DNA of 46,309 nucleotides from a virus (IMGVR_UViG_3300045410_000131:1-46309); one strand, 5' to 3'. Positions 8,560 through 17,537 are shown, numbered from the stretch's first letter. Program-made: numbers and translations. The notes: generated from the letters alone by a model not told the origin.

Positions 8560-8948
8560 TGCGTCAAAAACACCTGGGCCGCGCCCGCGTAATCCACACA
8601 ACCCTCCACGAGGACCTCTACAGGAAGCTCCTGAGGGCGTTCCCTTCGCCGGGGCGGCCGAGCCGCCTCCGCTACGGCGCCATCGCGGAAATCCTGGCCA
8701 GGTGTGTGGCACTAGAGACAGCGTCGCAAAGCGACGCAGAAGCGAATCTCGAGACCGCAATCGAAGTGGCGCTTCGCGCCGAAGGAACGGAAAAGCGCGT
8801 CGCCCAAGAACTCGCTTATCGATGGAGTGTATTTCTCCGTAATGAGGCCCAGAAAGCGGCGCTAAAGGCGGCGCTCGACCTAGGAACTGGCGAGATGACT
8901 GAAGCCCATTGGAAACAGGAGCGCGAACGGAGTCAACACGATGATTGA
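8559..8948 (+). CDS. Hypothetical protein (possible ribbon-helix-helix N-terminus)
   Basis: AAGGAG RBS; VIHTTLHEDLYRKL pattern. Confidence 0.7.
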   Translation: MRQKHLGRARVIHTTLHEDLYRKLLRAFPSPGRPSRLRYGAIAEILARCVALETASQSDAEANLETAIEVALRAEGTEKRVAQELAYRWSVFLRNEAQKAALKAALDLGTGEMTEAHWKQERERSQHDD

Positions 8949-9165
8949 TGGGCAAGACCCATCAAGTAGCCAATTAGCTCAATCCTCAACACCCTCTAGA
9001 GACGGCCATAAGGTTGCTTCGCGACTCTAGGGACACAAGCCACTTGATGGATGATTGAACAGAAAATGAACTATTTAGAAGTAAGAAATTACCTAACTTC
9101 GAAGGCCGGTGGATGATCGAGCAGAAAATGAATGCCGATGAACATTAGCCAGCGACCAGTAATTA

Positions 9166-9203
9166 TGATATAATGGCCACTTATGATCGATCATAATTGA
9201 CCA
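9166..9203 (+). promoter_or_regulatory. Extended -10 promoter (TGATATAAT) followed by perfect 16-bp palindrome TTATGATCGATCATAA (operator copy 2)
   Basis: TATAAT 9169-9174; palindrome 9181-9196; TGACCA 9198-9203. Confidence 0.7.
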
Positions 9204-9223
9204 CTTAAATAGAGGCCAAACCA

Positions 9224-9436
9224 ATGACCAGCAAGCCAAGACCTATGACACTCCACGAACTGGACCTAAAGGACGACATCCCTGCACTCTACACGGCACA
9301 GGTGAACGCCGAGAGCCTAAAAGAGTTGTGCCAAGAACTGATGGACGAGATTGACAGCTTTCTAGTATCGCTTCGCATGTTTCGCGAAGCGAGGAATAAC
9401 GCCCTGGGGAACGCAGAACAAAATGACTCCCTCTGA
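9224..9436 (+). CDS. Hypothetical protein
   Basis: GAGG RBS, 70 aa helical. Confidence 0.65.
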   Translation: MTSKPRPMTLHELDLKDDIPALYTAQVNAESLKELCQELMDEIDSFLVSLRMFREARNNALGNAEQNDSL

Positions 9437-9499
9437 AGTCCCCGGCTGGCACTTTGTTGGGGAAACCCTGCGGGATGGCTCGCGAGTTACGGCCCAAAA

Positions 9500-9781
9500 G
9501 TGACTCCCCCTGAATCCCTTTCTCTCTTCCTTCGCACCGCAGCTGCCATTCCCTCCCTCTCCGGATGGCAGCTGATTTTCATGGAGAGACTCTTTCTTCG
9601 CTACGAACAGGCAATAGAGCGCGGCCAGGTTCACGAACTCTCGCCGCAGCAGCAAATCCACCTATCGAGGATACACAGACAATGTCGAAGCCAGAAGACT
9701 CCACCGCCGCAACCGCCGCAACCGCCGCCTCGAGTGTCGCTTTCCCCTACAACTGCGAATACGATGAACTCGCCGAAATAA
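9500..9781 (+). CDS. Hypothetical protein
   Basis: LSGWQLIFM...LSPQQQIHLSRI resembles a common small phage protein pattern; 3' end overlaps next gene. Confidence 0.5.
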   Translation: MTPPESLSLFLRTAAAIPSLSGWQLIFMERLFLRYEQAIERGQVHELSPQQQIHLSRIHRQCRSQKTPPPQPPQPPPRVSLSPTTANTMNSPK

Positions 9782-9981
9782 TAATCTCCATTGAAGCGGC
9801 GCTCGCGTTCGACGCGCCCATCGCGATGAAAGTCATCGCCAAGATGGTTGACAATCTCCACCGCTCCCACTCTGCCCACAAATGGGTCCTCACAACGCCA
9901 GACGGCAAAACTATCCGCGCCGACTCTCACCGCGAGATGATAGCAAAGATTTTGTCCGCCTACCGCACACCGCAAAACTGA
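9682..9981 (+). CDS. Hypothetical protein
   Basis: GAGGA RBS, ATG 9682, stop coupled to next start. Confidence 0.6.
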   Translation: MSKPEDSTAATAATAASSVAFPYNCEYDELAEIIISIEAALAFDAPIAMKVIAKMVDNLHRSHSAHKWVLTTPDGKTIRADSHREMIAKILSAYRTPQN

Positions 9982-10267
9982 TGGCCGCCCGTAACTCTCT
10001 ATACCGAAAGAAACCAATAATCGTGGAAGCCCATCAGTTCGGCTCTACTCACATGAACGACTGGCCAGATTGGCTTTTCGAGGCATTGGAACGCTTGAGG
10101 GGAGTCTACGGATATCGCCAGGAGACTGGATTATTAAGGGCATCAAAGGCGAATTATATCCCTGCAAGCCGGAGATCTTTGACGCCACATACGAGCCGGT
10201 AGAAGATACCTTTCTGGAGAACCCTCAGCACCTTGACTTTAACGAGAGGGAAACTTCCCATGATTGA
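9981..10267 (+). pseudogene. Frameshifted YRKKP...TLEG...PGDWII...YPCKPDIF-type phage protein
   Basis: N-half ([22 protein letters not shown]) and C-half ([29 protein letters not shown]) are in different frames, switching near 10085. Confidence 0.7.
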
Positions 10268-10571
10268 CTTTGACGAGATATCGAAATTTCAACCCGATAG
10301 TGAACTCCGCACGCACCTCGACACCCTCTTCGCATCGCTTCGCGATACGGAGCTAATCGAGATCGCCCACGAGGTCGCGAGGCGCTGCCAAGAGCGCACT
10401 CAACACCCCGCCATCATCTCGACGGGGCTCTATGCCCTCCGCGTCGAACGTGAGCGCCGTACGGAAGCCCGCGTGAAGCGAAAAGTGACGCCGGACCCAC
10501 TCACTATCTTTGACATCCTAGGAATGGATGGAGATGCGTCGCAAGGCGACGCAGGGAGCCCACCGCCGTGA
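10260..10571 (+). CDS. Hypothetical protein
   Basis: GAGGG RBS, ATG 10260. Confidence 0.6.
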   Translation: MIDFDEISKFQPDSELRTHLDTLFASLRDTELIEIAHEVARRCQERTQHPAIISTGLYALRVERERRTEARVKRKVTPDPLTIFDILGMDGDASQGDAGSPPP

Positions 10572-10789
10572 AGCCAGACGTCCCCGGCTCGCCCTGGCTT
10601 CGCAGGCGAAGCCCGCGAAACAAACTCTCCCCCGCAGATGTTTTGAAGATTCGCGAACTCCGCGCGGCCGGAATCCCAGTGGACATCATCTCCACCAAAT
10701 TCAACGTCCATCCTCAGACGATATACAAAATCCTTGCCCGGGAAATATGGGCAAGCCTCAAGGAGCCTCAAAATGACCAAAGTACTTAA
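10568..10789 (+). CDS. Small HTH DNA-binding protein
   Basis: KLSPADVLKIRELRAAGIPVDIISTKFNVHPQTIYKIL...W, HTH like that found after HNH domains. Confidence 0.75.
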   Translation: MKPDVPGSPWLRRRSPRNKLSPADVLKIRELRAAGIPVDIISTKFNVHPQTIYKILAREIWASLKEPQNDQST

Positions 10790-11306
10790 CGCAGCCTCGG
10801 GCGCGAGCGCCGCTTTCGACCTCCACTTCGACCGCATAATCGGCCACGAAGGCGGATACGTAAACGACCCCAAGGACCCCGGAGGCGAAACCAAGTGGGG
10901 AATCTCGAAACGGAGCTACCCCGACCTGAATATAGCGGCTCTCAATCGCTCTGACGCCAAAATCATTTGGCGTCGCGACTTCTGGGACACCATCAACGCA
11001 ACGAAACTGCCCCGAAGCGTAGTATTCCAGGTGTTCGATTTCGCCGGCAACTCCGGGATCCAGACCGCAATCCGCCATCTCCAGCGCGCCGTAGACGCCG
11101 CTGACGACGGCTACTGGGGACCGGTCTCGGAAGCGAAGGCATCACTCACCAACGAGCACGATATCCTCATGCGGCTCAATGCCTTTCGACTTATCTACAT
11201 GACGAACCTCTCCACGTGGTCCACCCACTCGCGCGGTTGGACACGCCGAATCGCGGGGAACCTCCTCTACGCCGCGGAGGACTCGCGGGCAAAGCCCGCG
11301 AAATAG
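10773..11306 (+). CDS. Endolysin, GH108 family with C-terminal peptidoglycan-binding domain
   Basis: HEGGYVNDPKDPGGETKWGIS, VFDFAGNSG, DGYWGP, RGWTRR motifs; AGGAG RBS. Confidence 0.93.
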   Translation: MTKVLNAASGASAAFDLHFDRIIGHEGGYVNDPKDPGGETKWGISKRSYPDLNIAALNRSDAKIIWRRDFWDTINATKLPRSVVFQVFDFAGNSGIQTAIRHLQRAVDAADDGYWGPVSEAKASLTNEHDILMRLNAFRLIYMTNLSTWSTHSRGWTRRIAGNLLYAAEDSRAKPAK

Positions 11307-11347
11307 GAACAAAACTCAACGCATACTCAAACTCAACGCACGCTAAG

Positions 11348-11806
11348 ATGAACCAAACTCAGCGCACGCTACTCCAAGATTGGGCCGACGCCCTTTACGC
11401 CCTCGCCAAGAAAGACTGGAAAACCCGCGGCTTCGATATGGAACACTGGGCAGAGAAAGAACTCCCCAAGACCCCAGACCTTGGCTGCGGCACAGTCTGT
11501 TGTGCCTATGGACTGGGCACCACTCTCCCGTCTTGGAGAAAAGCTAGGCTCGGGTTGGTCGAGCTTGGCCACAAGTCAAAGTCATGGGCACCCGCCTATC
11601 TCGGTCGAAGGTCCCTCGAAGTCCACGAAGTTCTCGGCATCACAAGGGTAGAATTCGACTGGATAACCCTACCCTTCAAGTATATAGCCCTATTACCGGC
11701 CCTACCAGGGCGGATAGAAACCCAAGAAGAAATTCCCCCTGACTGGGTAGCCAACCGTATCGAAAAGGTGATACGAATGCATGAGGAAGATGTCGAAAAG
11801 CAATAG
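11348..11806 (+). CDS. Hypothetical protein
   Basis: GFDMEHW...CGTVCCAYG pattern seen in phage accessory proteins. Confidence 0.65.
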   Translation: MNQTQRTLLQDWADALYALAKKDWKTRGFDMEHWAEKELPKTPDLGCGTVCCAYGLGTTLPSWRKARLGLVELGHKSKSWAPAYLGRRSLEVHEVLGITRVEFDWITLPFKYIALLPALPGRIETQEEIPPDWVANRIEKVIRMHEEDVEKQ

Positions 11807-11855
11807 TGCCCTGGGCCGCTTCACGGCCCTCCCCTTCTACCATGAGGTATCCTCT

Positions 11856-12932
11856 ATGAATGGACAAATAGAACACCACCCAGAACACCACCCAGAACAC
11901 CACGGAAGGAGGGTCGCCGGGTCGCGAAGCGACCCTCCTTCTCTCGCCTACATCGACAGCTCGATGCTCGCCGAACTCGCCTACTGCCCACGCTCCTTTT
12001 ACCACCGCTACATCCTCCACCTCCACCCGGCAACCACCTCCCTGCACCTCAACGCGGGTGCCGCCTTCGCAAAGGCGCTCGAAACAGTTCGCCTCTCCCT
12101 TTACGCCGGCGGCGGCATGAGTGTTGCCCTCTCGCTCGGCGAGGAATCAATACTCTCCCACCCTGACCTCCCCATGCAGGGGGAAAAGTCGAAAGAGGTC
12201 CTTTGCGAGGCTCTCACAAGCTACTGGCACCGCTTCCCTTTCGACCAGGTCGCCATCATAAACGGTGCTCCTGCCACAGAGTTTTCCTTCGCAGTTCCAT
12301 TGGTTATGTTAACAGAAAAGACGACGAATTTCAGTCAAGCCGCAGACAACTCTCTTCTCCTCGTCGGACGCTTCGACGCGATCCTCGAAGACGACAACCA
12401 CCGCCTCTGGATTCTCGACGACAAGACCTGTTCGCAGCTTGGCGCCACCTGGGCACAGCAGTGGCAGACGCGCGCCCAGTTCCTCTGCTACGCCTGGGCT
12501 GTCCGCGAGTTCCTGAAAGCGAAGGACCATCCGGCTCCGTGGGGCCTCAAGGTGAGGGGGATTTGCCTCTCCAAAACCGGAAACCCGAACCGGAACCCGG
12601 CGCGGTTCGAGGAATACGTCCAGCCGATCCTTTGGTCCCTAGTAGACAAGTGGGAGAAGGATTACCTAGAGCCCCTCTTGAGCGACCTCCACCGCTGGAC
12701 TGCAGCGCAAGACAGGGTCGCTTCGCGACCCGGCGACCCTCCTTCCGGCGCCTCCTTTCCCCGACACGGCTTCAGCGTCGGGTGTATCAACTACCACAGT
12801 CCTTGCCCCTACACGCCCATCTGTACATCGAATCAAGAGCGGGTTTGGTACCGCTCTTACGACCGGAAGCGCTGGGACCCGGTCACCGGCACCATGCACG
12901 ACGTTGAACCATTAGAGGAAGAAACCTTATGA
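11856..12932 (+). CDS. PD-(D/E)XK RecB/Cas4-like exonuclease with 4-Cys cluster
   Basis: CPRSFY, GRFD...DDKT, QFLCY, C-terminal C..CPY..IC; GAGGT RBS before ATG 11856. Confidence 0.85.
   Translation: MNGQIEHHPEHHPEHHGRRVAGSRSDPPSLAYIDSSMLAELAYCPRSFYHRYILHLHPATTSLHLNAGAAFAKALETVRLSLYAGGGMSVALSLGEESILSHPDLPMQGEKSKEVLCEALTSYWHRFPFDQVAIINGAPATEFSFAVPLVMLTEKTTNFSQAADNSLLLVGRFDAILEDDNHRLWILDDKTCSQLGATWAQQWQTRAQFLCYAWAVREFLKAKDHPAPWGLKVRGICLSKTGNPNRNPARFEEYVQPILWSLVDKWEKDYLEPLLSDLHRWTAAQDRVASRPGDPPSGASFPRHGFSVGCINYHSPCPYTPICTSNQERVWYRSYDRKRWDPVTGTMHDVEPLEEETL
11871..11903 (+). repeat. 12-bp tandem repeat GAACACCACCCA (EHHP x~3)
   Basis: Seen directly; abuts the 34-bp inverted repeat. Confidence 0.9.
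11903..12747. repeat. 34-bp perfect inverted repeat pair (11903-11936 / 12714-12747) inside the exonuclease gene
   Basis: CGGAAGGAGGGTCGCCGGGTCGCGAAGCGACCCT and its reverse complement. Confidence 0.92.
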
Positions 12933-13243
12933 ACACCCTTGAACCAGTACTTAACTTCTTTGAATCGCACGGAGGCCCCTCGGCACTTGTTCGCGATGCA
13001 GACCATCTCGTGGAGGACGAAGACGGGGAGGAAGCAGGCAGGCCCCAGTATGCCTGCCGTTGGTGCCTCCTCGGCGCCATTTGGTCTGTCGAGACAGAAG
13101 AAAGCAAGAGGGCCCCTCTCGAGGAAGAACTCTACCGGCGCCTCCTTCCCCAGGTCTCTCCCACCCGCTGGCTCCGCGACAACCACAGTTGGGAAAAGGT
13201 TCAAGCGCTCCTGGCCCAGAACGATGTGGAGGAGTCAAAATGA
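12929..13243 (+). CDS. Hypothetical protein (DUF6197-like)
   Basis: CRWCLLGAI motif; overlap-coupled to upstream gene. Confidence 0.65.
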   Translation: MNTLEPVLNFFESHGGPSALVRDADHLVEDEDGEEAGRPQYACRWCLLGAIWSVETEESKRAPLEEELYRRLLPQVSPTRWLRDNHSWEKVQALLAQNDVEESK

Positions 13244-13371
13244 AACTTTGGAAGAGGGTTGCATACACAGTGATCCCCCTATCGCTCCGGCGCCTCTGGC
13301 GTCGAAAGTGGATGGAATGGGAAACCCTCTACGCCGCGCGCGAAGAGGCGCGGAGGAGTGGAGTGGAATGA
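13240..13371 (+). CDS. Small basic protein (43 aa)
   Basis: GGAGGAG RBS; ATGA overlaps at both ends. Confidence 0.55.
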   Translation: MKLWKRVAYTVIPLSLRRLWRRKWMEWETLYAAREEARRSGVE

Positions 13372-14426
13372 ACACCGCGAGAATAAACGCCGCGAAGGAC
13401 GGCCACCTCTCCGCTGGAATGAACACCACGAGTCTCTGCATATACCACGGCAACTGCGCCGATGGATTCGGCGCGGCATGGGTGGTATGGCAGGCTCTAG
13501 GCCTCACAGAAGACCAGTTTTTCGCTGGCACCTATCAAGATCCCCCTCCTGATGTTCGAGGCCGAGACGTGATAATGGTGGACTTCAGCTATAAACGGCC
13601 TGTCATCGAGAAAATGCTTGAGGAATGCCAGTCCCTACTGATAATCGACCACCACAAGACAGCAATTGAAGACCTGTCTGGGCTTCTAGCCACAGACCAC
13701 TTCACCACCCTGTTCGACGTAGACCACAGCGGAGCAATATTGGCATGGGATTTCTTCTACCCCGGTAAGGCACCGCCGCAGCTGCTCCGTCACATAGAGG
13801 ATAGAGACCTATGGCGATTCGCCCTAGACGGGACCAGGGAAATACAGGCTTGCCTGTTCAGCTACCCCTACGACTTCCAGGTGTGGGACAGGTTGATACG
13901 CGGCTGGGATACTTCTAGCCTGCGTCTAGAGGGGGCAGCCATCGAGCGTAAACATCATAAGGACGTGGCAGAGCTTGTTGAAGTGACAAAACGCCCGATA
14001 GAGATCGCCGGATATCGAGTGCAAGCATGTAGCCTGCCATATACGCTTACCAGCGATGCCGGCCACTTGCTGTGCGAGCAGGGTAATGCGTTTGGCGTTT
14101 GCTACTGGGACACGCCCGAGGGCCGGGTGTTTAGCCTAAGGTCCCTTGGGGGCGGAGTGGATGTTTCTGAGATAGCGAAACGCTACGGAGGCGGTGGCCA
14201 CAGAAACGCGGCTGGGTTTAGGGTTTCGTTCTCCGAAGCCGCTAAGTTCGAGGTAGAGAAAGGACAAGAGATAATATCCACCATCGCCGACTACTATGAC
14301 AGCAAAGACCGCGAGGCTCGCCGACTCGCGGACGAACTTAAGGCCGTACAGGAGCGTGGAGCCCCATCGGCTGAAATCAAGCGTCTTACTTCCCGGCTCG
14401 AGATGGCTCGATATGTAGGGGACTAA
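13368..14426 (+). CDS. DHH/DHHA1 phosphoesterase (nanoRNase-like)
   Basis: YHGNCADG, VDFS, IDHH, EDRDLW, FSLRS, GGGGHRNAAG motifs; start 13368 or 13419. Confidence 0.92.
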   Translation: MNTARINAAKDGHLSAGMNTTSLCIYHGNCADGFGAAWVVWQALGLTEDQFFAGTYQDPPPDVRGRDVIMVDFSYKRPVIEKMLEECQSLLIIDHHKTAIEDLSGLLATDHFTTLFDVDHSGAILAWDFFYPGKAPPQLLRHIEDRDLWRFALDGTREIQACLFSYPYDFQVWDRLIRGWDTSSLRLEGAAIERKHHKDVAELVEVTKRPIEIAGYRVQACSLPYTLTSDAGHLLCEQGNAFGVCYWDTPEGRVFSLRSLGGGVDVSEIAKRYGGGGHRNAAGFRVSFSEAAKFEVEKGQEIISTIADYYDSKDREARRLADELKAVQERGAPSAEIKRLTSRLEMARYVGD

Positions 14427-14555
14427 AGAAGTTCGTCGCTTTTGCGACGAAAGGAGAAACCAACTTGTGCACACTATTTATACTACTGCTGGTAGCAGCA
14501 GCGGCATTCGTTATAGGCATGTGGCTGGTATTCGGCACGTGGTAGGAGATCCTCA

Positions 14556-14771
14556 ATGACTACTAATAGCACCGGCAACTCTTCACTCTTGTGGCTCTTC
14601 GCAATCGCCTTCGTTAGCTCGCTACTCGCGCTTTCCATCAACGCGGCCCTCGTGAGATACGGGGGTCAAGCAACACGAGCCGCTGTGACGCCTTGCGCCG
14701 AAGAGGCGCCTCATGAAGAAAGCAGTGACCGTCATCCGAGGCGCGAAGCGCCTCCCTATGTGGAGACCTAA
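14556..14771 (+). CDS. Small membrane protein
   Basis: AGGAG RBS; one TM segment. Confidence 0.6.
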   Translation: MTTNSTGNSSLLWLFAIAFVSSLLALSINAALVRYGGQATRAAVTPCAEEAPHEESSDRHPRREAPPYVET

Positions 14772-14776
14772 AGACA

Positions 14777-15061
14777 ATGACAGAAACACCGGATTCGGCG
14801 CAGGGCGCCGAAAGCACCCCACGCAAGGCTTGGCAACTCATCGAAACCTACGGATTCCGCTCAGACCGGGTCGGAGACTATGACATAGGCTTCTGCCCTA
14901 TCGGGGCCATATTAGAGGCCTATGGTATTGAAACGGACATGAGGATCGAAAAGTTGGAGCTGCTTCGGAATAGAATCCAAGGTTCTGGCTCTATCGTACA
15001 GTGGGCAAGAAACCAGACAAGAGAAACCGCCGTAGCACTAATGCGGGAGCTGGGTATATGA
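14777..15061 (+). CDS. Hypothetical protein (DUF6197-like, resembles 12929..13243)
   Basis: FCPIGAI...IVQW pattern. Confidence 0.65.
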   Translation: MTETPDSAQGAESTPRKAWQLIETYGFRSDRVGDYDIGFCPIGAILEAYGIETDMRIEKLELLRNRIQGSGSIVQWARNQTRETAVALMRELGI

Positions 15062-15885
15062 CCGCCCCATCGGCGCCCTGCGCCGTCAGGCCCGGCTACA
15101 AAACCCTCCTAATGGGGCCAACTGGCGTAGGCAAGACCTACTCTATCCGAACCTACCTCGCGCGCCCGGAGATCGAGCACGTCTTCGTGGTCTTCACCGA
15201 GCCCGCAATGAACGTACTCGTGGACACGGACCCCGAGCGGCTCCATTGGCGCTACGTGCCGGGAACTCGAGCCGGCCTCGACACGCTTCGTGCGGTCGCG
15301 AAGCTCGCACACGCAATGAACACGGAAGACTTCCAAAAGCTCCACGGAATCGAGAAGGCCCGGTTTAACCAACTCGAGGAGCTTTACAAGACCCTTGAGG
15401 CGCCCGCCTGTGACCGGACCGGGAAAAAGTTTCCCACTGTCACTGACTGGGATCCATCTTTCGCCCTAGTTGTGGATGGCCTTTCCGGTCTCAACACGGC
15501 ATTCCGAACTAACCACCTCGGCGCCAAGCCATGCCCCCATCAAGGCGAGTGGGGTACGATAATGAACATGGAGGAGATGTTCATCAAGCTCCTCGCGATG
15601 GAGCTGAATTGTTTCGCGACCCTGATTGCGCATAACAACCGTGAAATGACTCCCGCGGGAGTCATAAACCTTCCCGTTGCTCTTGGGTCCAAACTCGCCC
15701 CCGTCATCGGACGCGAGTTCAATGACGTAATCCTCGCGCAACGCGATGGCGCGAAGTTCACCTGGAGTACAGCAAGCACAGGAGCGGATCTCAAGGCTCA
15801 AAACCTCCCGATAAGGTCTGAGCTTGAGCCATCGTTTGCCCCTCTTGTGGAGGGGTATTGGAAACAACGGGGGAAGAAAATATGA
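15058..15885 (+). CDS. P-loop ATPase (AAA_24/Sak4-like recombination protein)
   Basis: Walker A GPTGVGKT, Walker B LVVDGLS, LIAH; next to SSB-like gene and exonuclease. Confidence 0.82.
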   Translation: MTAPSAPCAVRPGYKTLLMGPTGVGKTYSIRTYLARPEIEHVFVVFTEPAMNVLVDTDPERLHWRYVPGTRAGLDTLRAVAKLAHAMNTEDFQKLHGIEKARFNQLEELYKTLEAPACDRTGKKFPTVTDWDPSFALVVDGLSGLNTAFRTNHLGAKPCPHQGEWGTIMNMEEMFIKLLAMELNCFATLIAHNNREMTPAGVINLPVALGSKLAPVIGREFNDVILAQRDGAKFTWSTASTGADLKAQNLPIRSELEPSFAPLVEGYWKQRGKKI

Positions 15886-15898
15886 CGTGACAATGAAA

Positions 15899-15955
15899 TG
15901 ACCACTTATGAACATTCAAAATTGACCACTTATGGTCGTTCAAAATTGACCATTG
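15899..15955 (+). promoter_or_regulatory. Tandem operator-like boxes (copies 3 and 4; 24-bp period)
   Basis: TGACCACTTATGAACATTCAAAAT-TGACCACTTATGGTCGTTCAAAAT-TGACCATTG. Confidence 0.72.
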
Positions 15956-15983
15956 TTTTAAACCCAACTAACGGAGGAGCACC

Positions 15984-16424
15984 ATGCTCGATTTCGACAC
16001 CTTTGTCCAAACTGCAGTCTCTAGCGCAATGCCCACCCAAGTCCCACAGGTTTCACCCGGCGAATATCTCGCCACAGTGGACCGCATAGCACTGCGGGAG
16101 GTGGATACGAAAAATGGGCCCCGGGACATTCTCGAAGTCTTCTGGAGCCCCGTCGATGGAGCCGTGGCGCGATCCCTCGGTCGCGACAAGGTGACCGTTG
16201 CGCAAAGCGCCTGGCTCGACATCAAAGACGGTCGCCTTGACGACGGTGAGCACGCGAACGTTGACCTTGGCCGCATCCGGGATGCCCTCGGGCAGAACAT
16301 TCCCGGTGAGTCTTGGGTCCCGGGAATGCTCGTCGGCGCTGGTCCCGCACTTATTCACGTGAACCAGCGGGAGACCGACCGCGGCCTTCGCTCCCAAGTC
16401 GATCGCGTTACGCGGATGGCTTGA
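15984..16424 (+). CDS. Probable single-stranded DNA-binding protein
   Basis: GGAGGAG RBS; PGEYLATV beta-rich OB-like pattern; follows Sak4-like ATPase. Confidence 0.6.
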   Translation: MLDFDTFVQTAVSSAMPTQVPQVSPGEYLATVDRIALREVDTKNGPRDILEVFWSPVDGAVARSLGRDKVTVAQSAWLDIKDGRLDDGEHANVDLGRIRDALGQNIPGESWVPGMLVGAGPALIHVNQRETDRGLRSQVDRVTRMA

Positions 16425-16505
16425 CGGGCTTTGTCCTTGGCTCTAGTAGGTTCTAGAGATAACCCCTTGCGCAGGGACGCGCAGTTTTCTAAGGAGGTCC
16501 CCTTT

Positions 16506-17420
16506 GTGGACATCTACATCGAAACAAACTATGCAAACCAGCCTGGGCTCTACGAGCACGGGATAAAGTACCTCGTGAACCAGGGCGTTTTTGGTCTTCT
16601 CTATGAGACCAAAATCTGGTCCAAAGACGCCGCGAAGACGGCCCCAAAACCTGAGCACGAAAAGCCCTGGAAAGACTACGCGCGAGCCCATTGGGGCGAC
16701 GCCTTCTCCGGTCTCGTGGTGCTCGATTGCGAATCCTGGTGGGTCAACAACAACCCCGAGATGCAAACCCGCCGCTTCCTAGCAGCAGAGAAATATATCA
16801 CCGTCCTCCGCTGGACCCGAGACGCTTTACCCAGTGCCAAGGTCGGACTCTACGGCTCCGTTCCCGCAACAGGCTATTGGCAGGCCCAGGCGCCAACCGG
16901 ACCGGACATGATGGCGCTTAAAAAGGCCAATGAGGATTTCCGCAAGGTCGCCGCGACTGCGGACTTCCTCAGCGTGAGTCTCTACCCAGTATCGGCAAAG
17001 CGGCCCGCTTGGGTAAACTATGCCCGAGAAAACATCGTCGAGGCGATGCGGATCTCCAACAACCAAAAGCCCATCTACGTTGTGCTCAACCCACGCTACC
17101 ATTCCGCCGCCTACGACAACCTCGGCTACAAACCGGTCGAGAAAGACTTCTTCCGGCTGCAACTCGAAACCGCCCACTCCCTCGGTGTCAAGGGCGTCAT
17201 CGTGTGGGGCTGGGACCTCGCGACAAAACAGTGGAGTGAGAACCTTCCCTGGTGGGAAGCGACCCGGGAGTTTCTCCAGGCCCATCGTGAGCCTGTGGAA
17301 GCGGAACCCCTTGAACCAGTGACCGAGAGCGAACGAATTCTCCGCCTGGAGGTTCTTACGGATGACATGGAGGAGCGCCTGAAGGCGCTTGAGGCTTTGT
17401 CACCTTTGGTGACGAAATGA
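16506..17420 (+). CDS. GH56 hyaluronidase-like TIM-barrel glycoside hydrolase with C-terminal coiled coil
   Basis: FSGLVVLDCESW, LPSAKVGLYGSVP, FLSVSLY, GVKGVIVWG; AAGGAGG RBS before GTG 16506. Confidence 0.72.
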   Translation: MDIYIETNYANQPGLYEHGIKYLVNQGVFGLLYETKIWSKDAAKTAPKPEHEKPWKDYARAHWGDAFSGLVVLDCESWWVNNNPEMQTRRFLAAEKYITVLRWTRDALPSAKVGLYGSVPATGYWQAQAPTGPDMMALKKANEDFRKVAATADFLSVSLYPVSAKRPAWVNYARENIVEAMRISNNQKPIYVVLNPRYHSAAYDNLGYKPVEKDFFRLQLETAHSLGVKGVIVWGWDLATKQWSENLPWWEATREFLQAHREPVEAEPLEPVTESERILRLEVLTDDMEERLKALEALSPLVTK

Positions 17421-17537
17421 CCCTCGAAATCATTATGCTTTCCCTTGCCATGTTTATCCTCGCCATTGTCACAATGCTTAGTAGTGTGGAGTGGGTCGAC
17501 ACACTCCAGGCGAAACTAACGAAGCGGAGCACTCCCG

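Noticed and set aside
12939-13367. N-terminal extension of the DHH ORF given in the track
   Set aside because: Overlaps two better-supported genes; RBS-supported start is 13368
15898-16089. 63-aa ORF, or mini-CRISPR array from the 24-bp repeats
   Set aside because: Repeats are adjacent with no unique spacers and match the dispersed palindrome family; the ORF is a by-product
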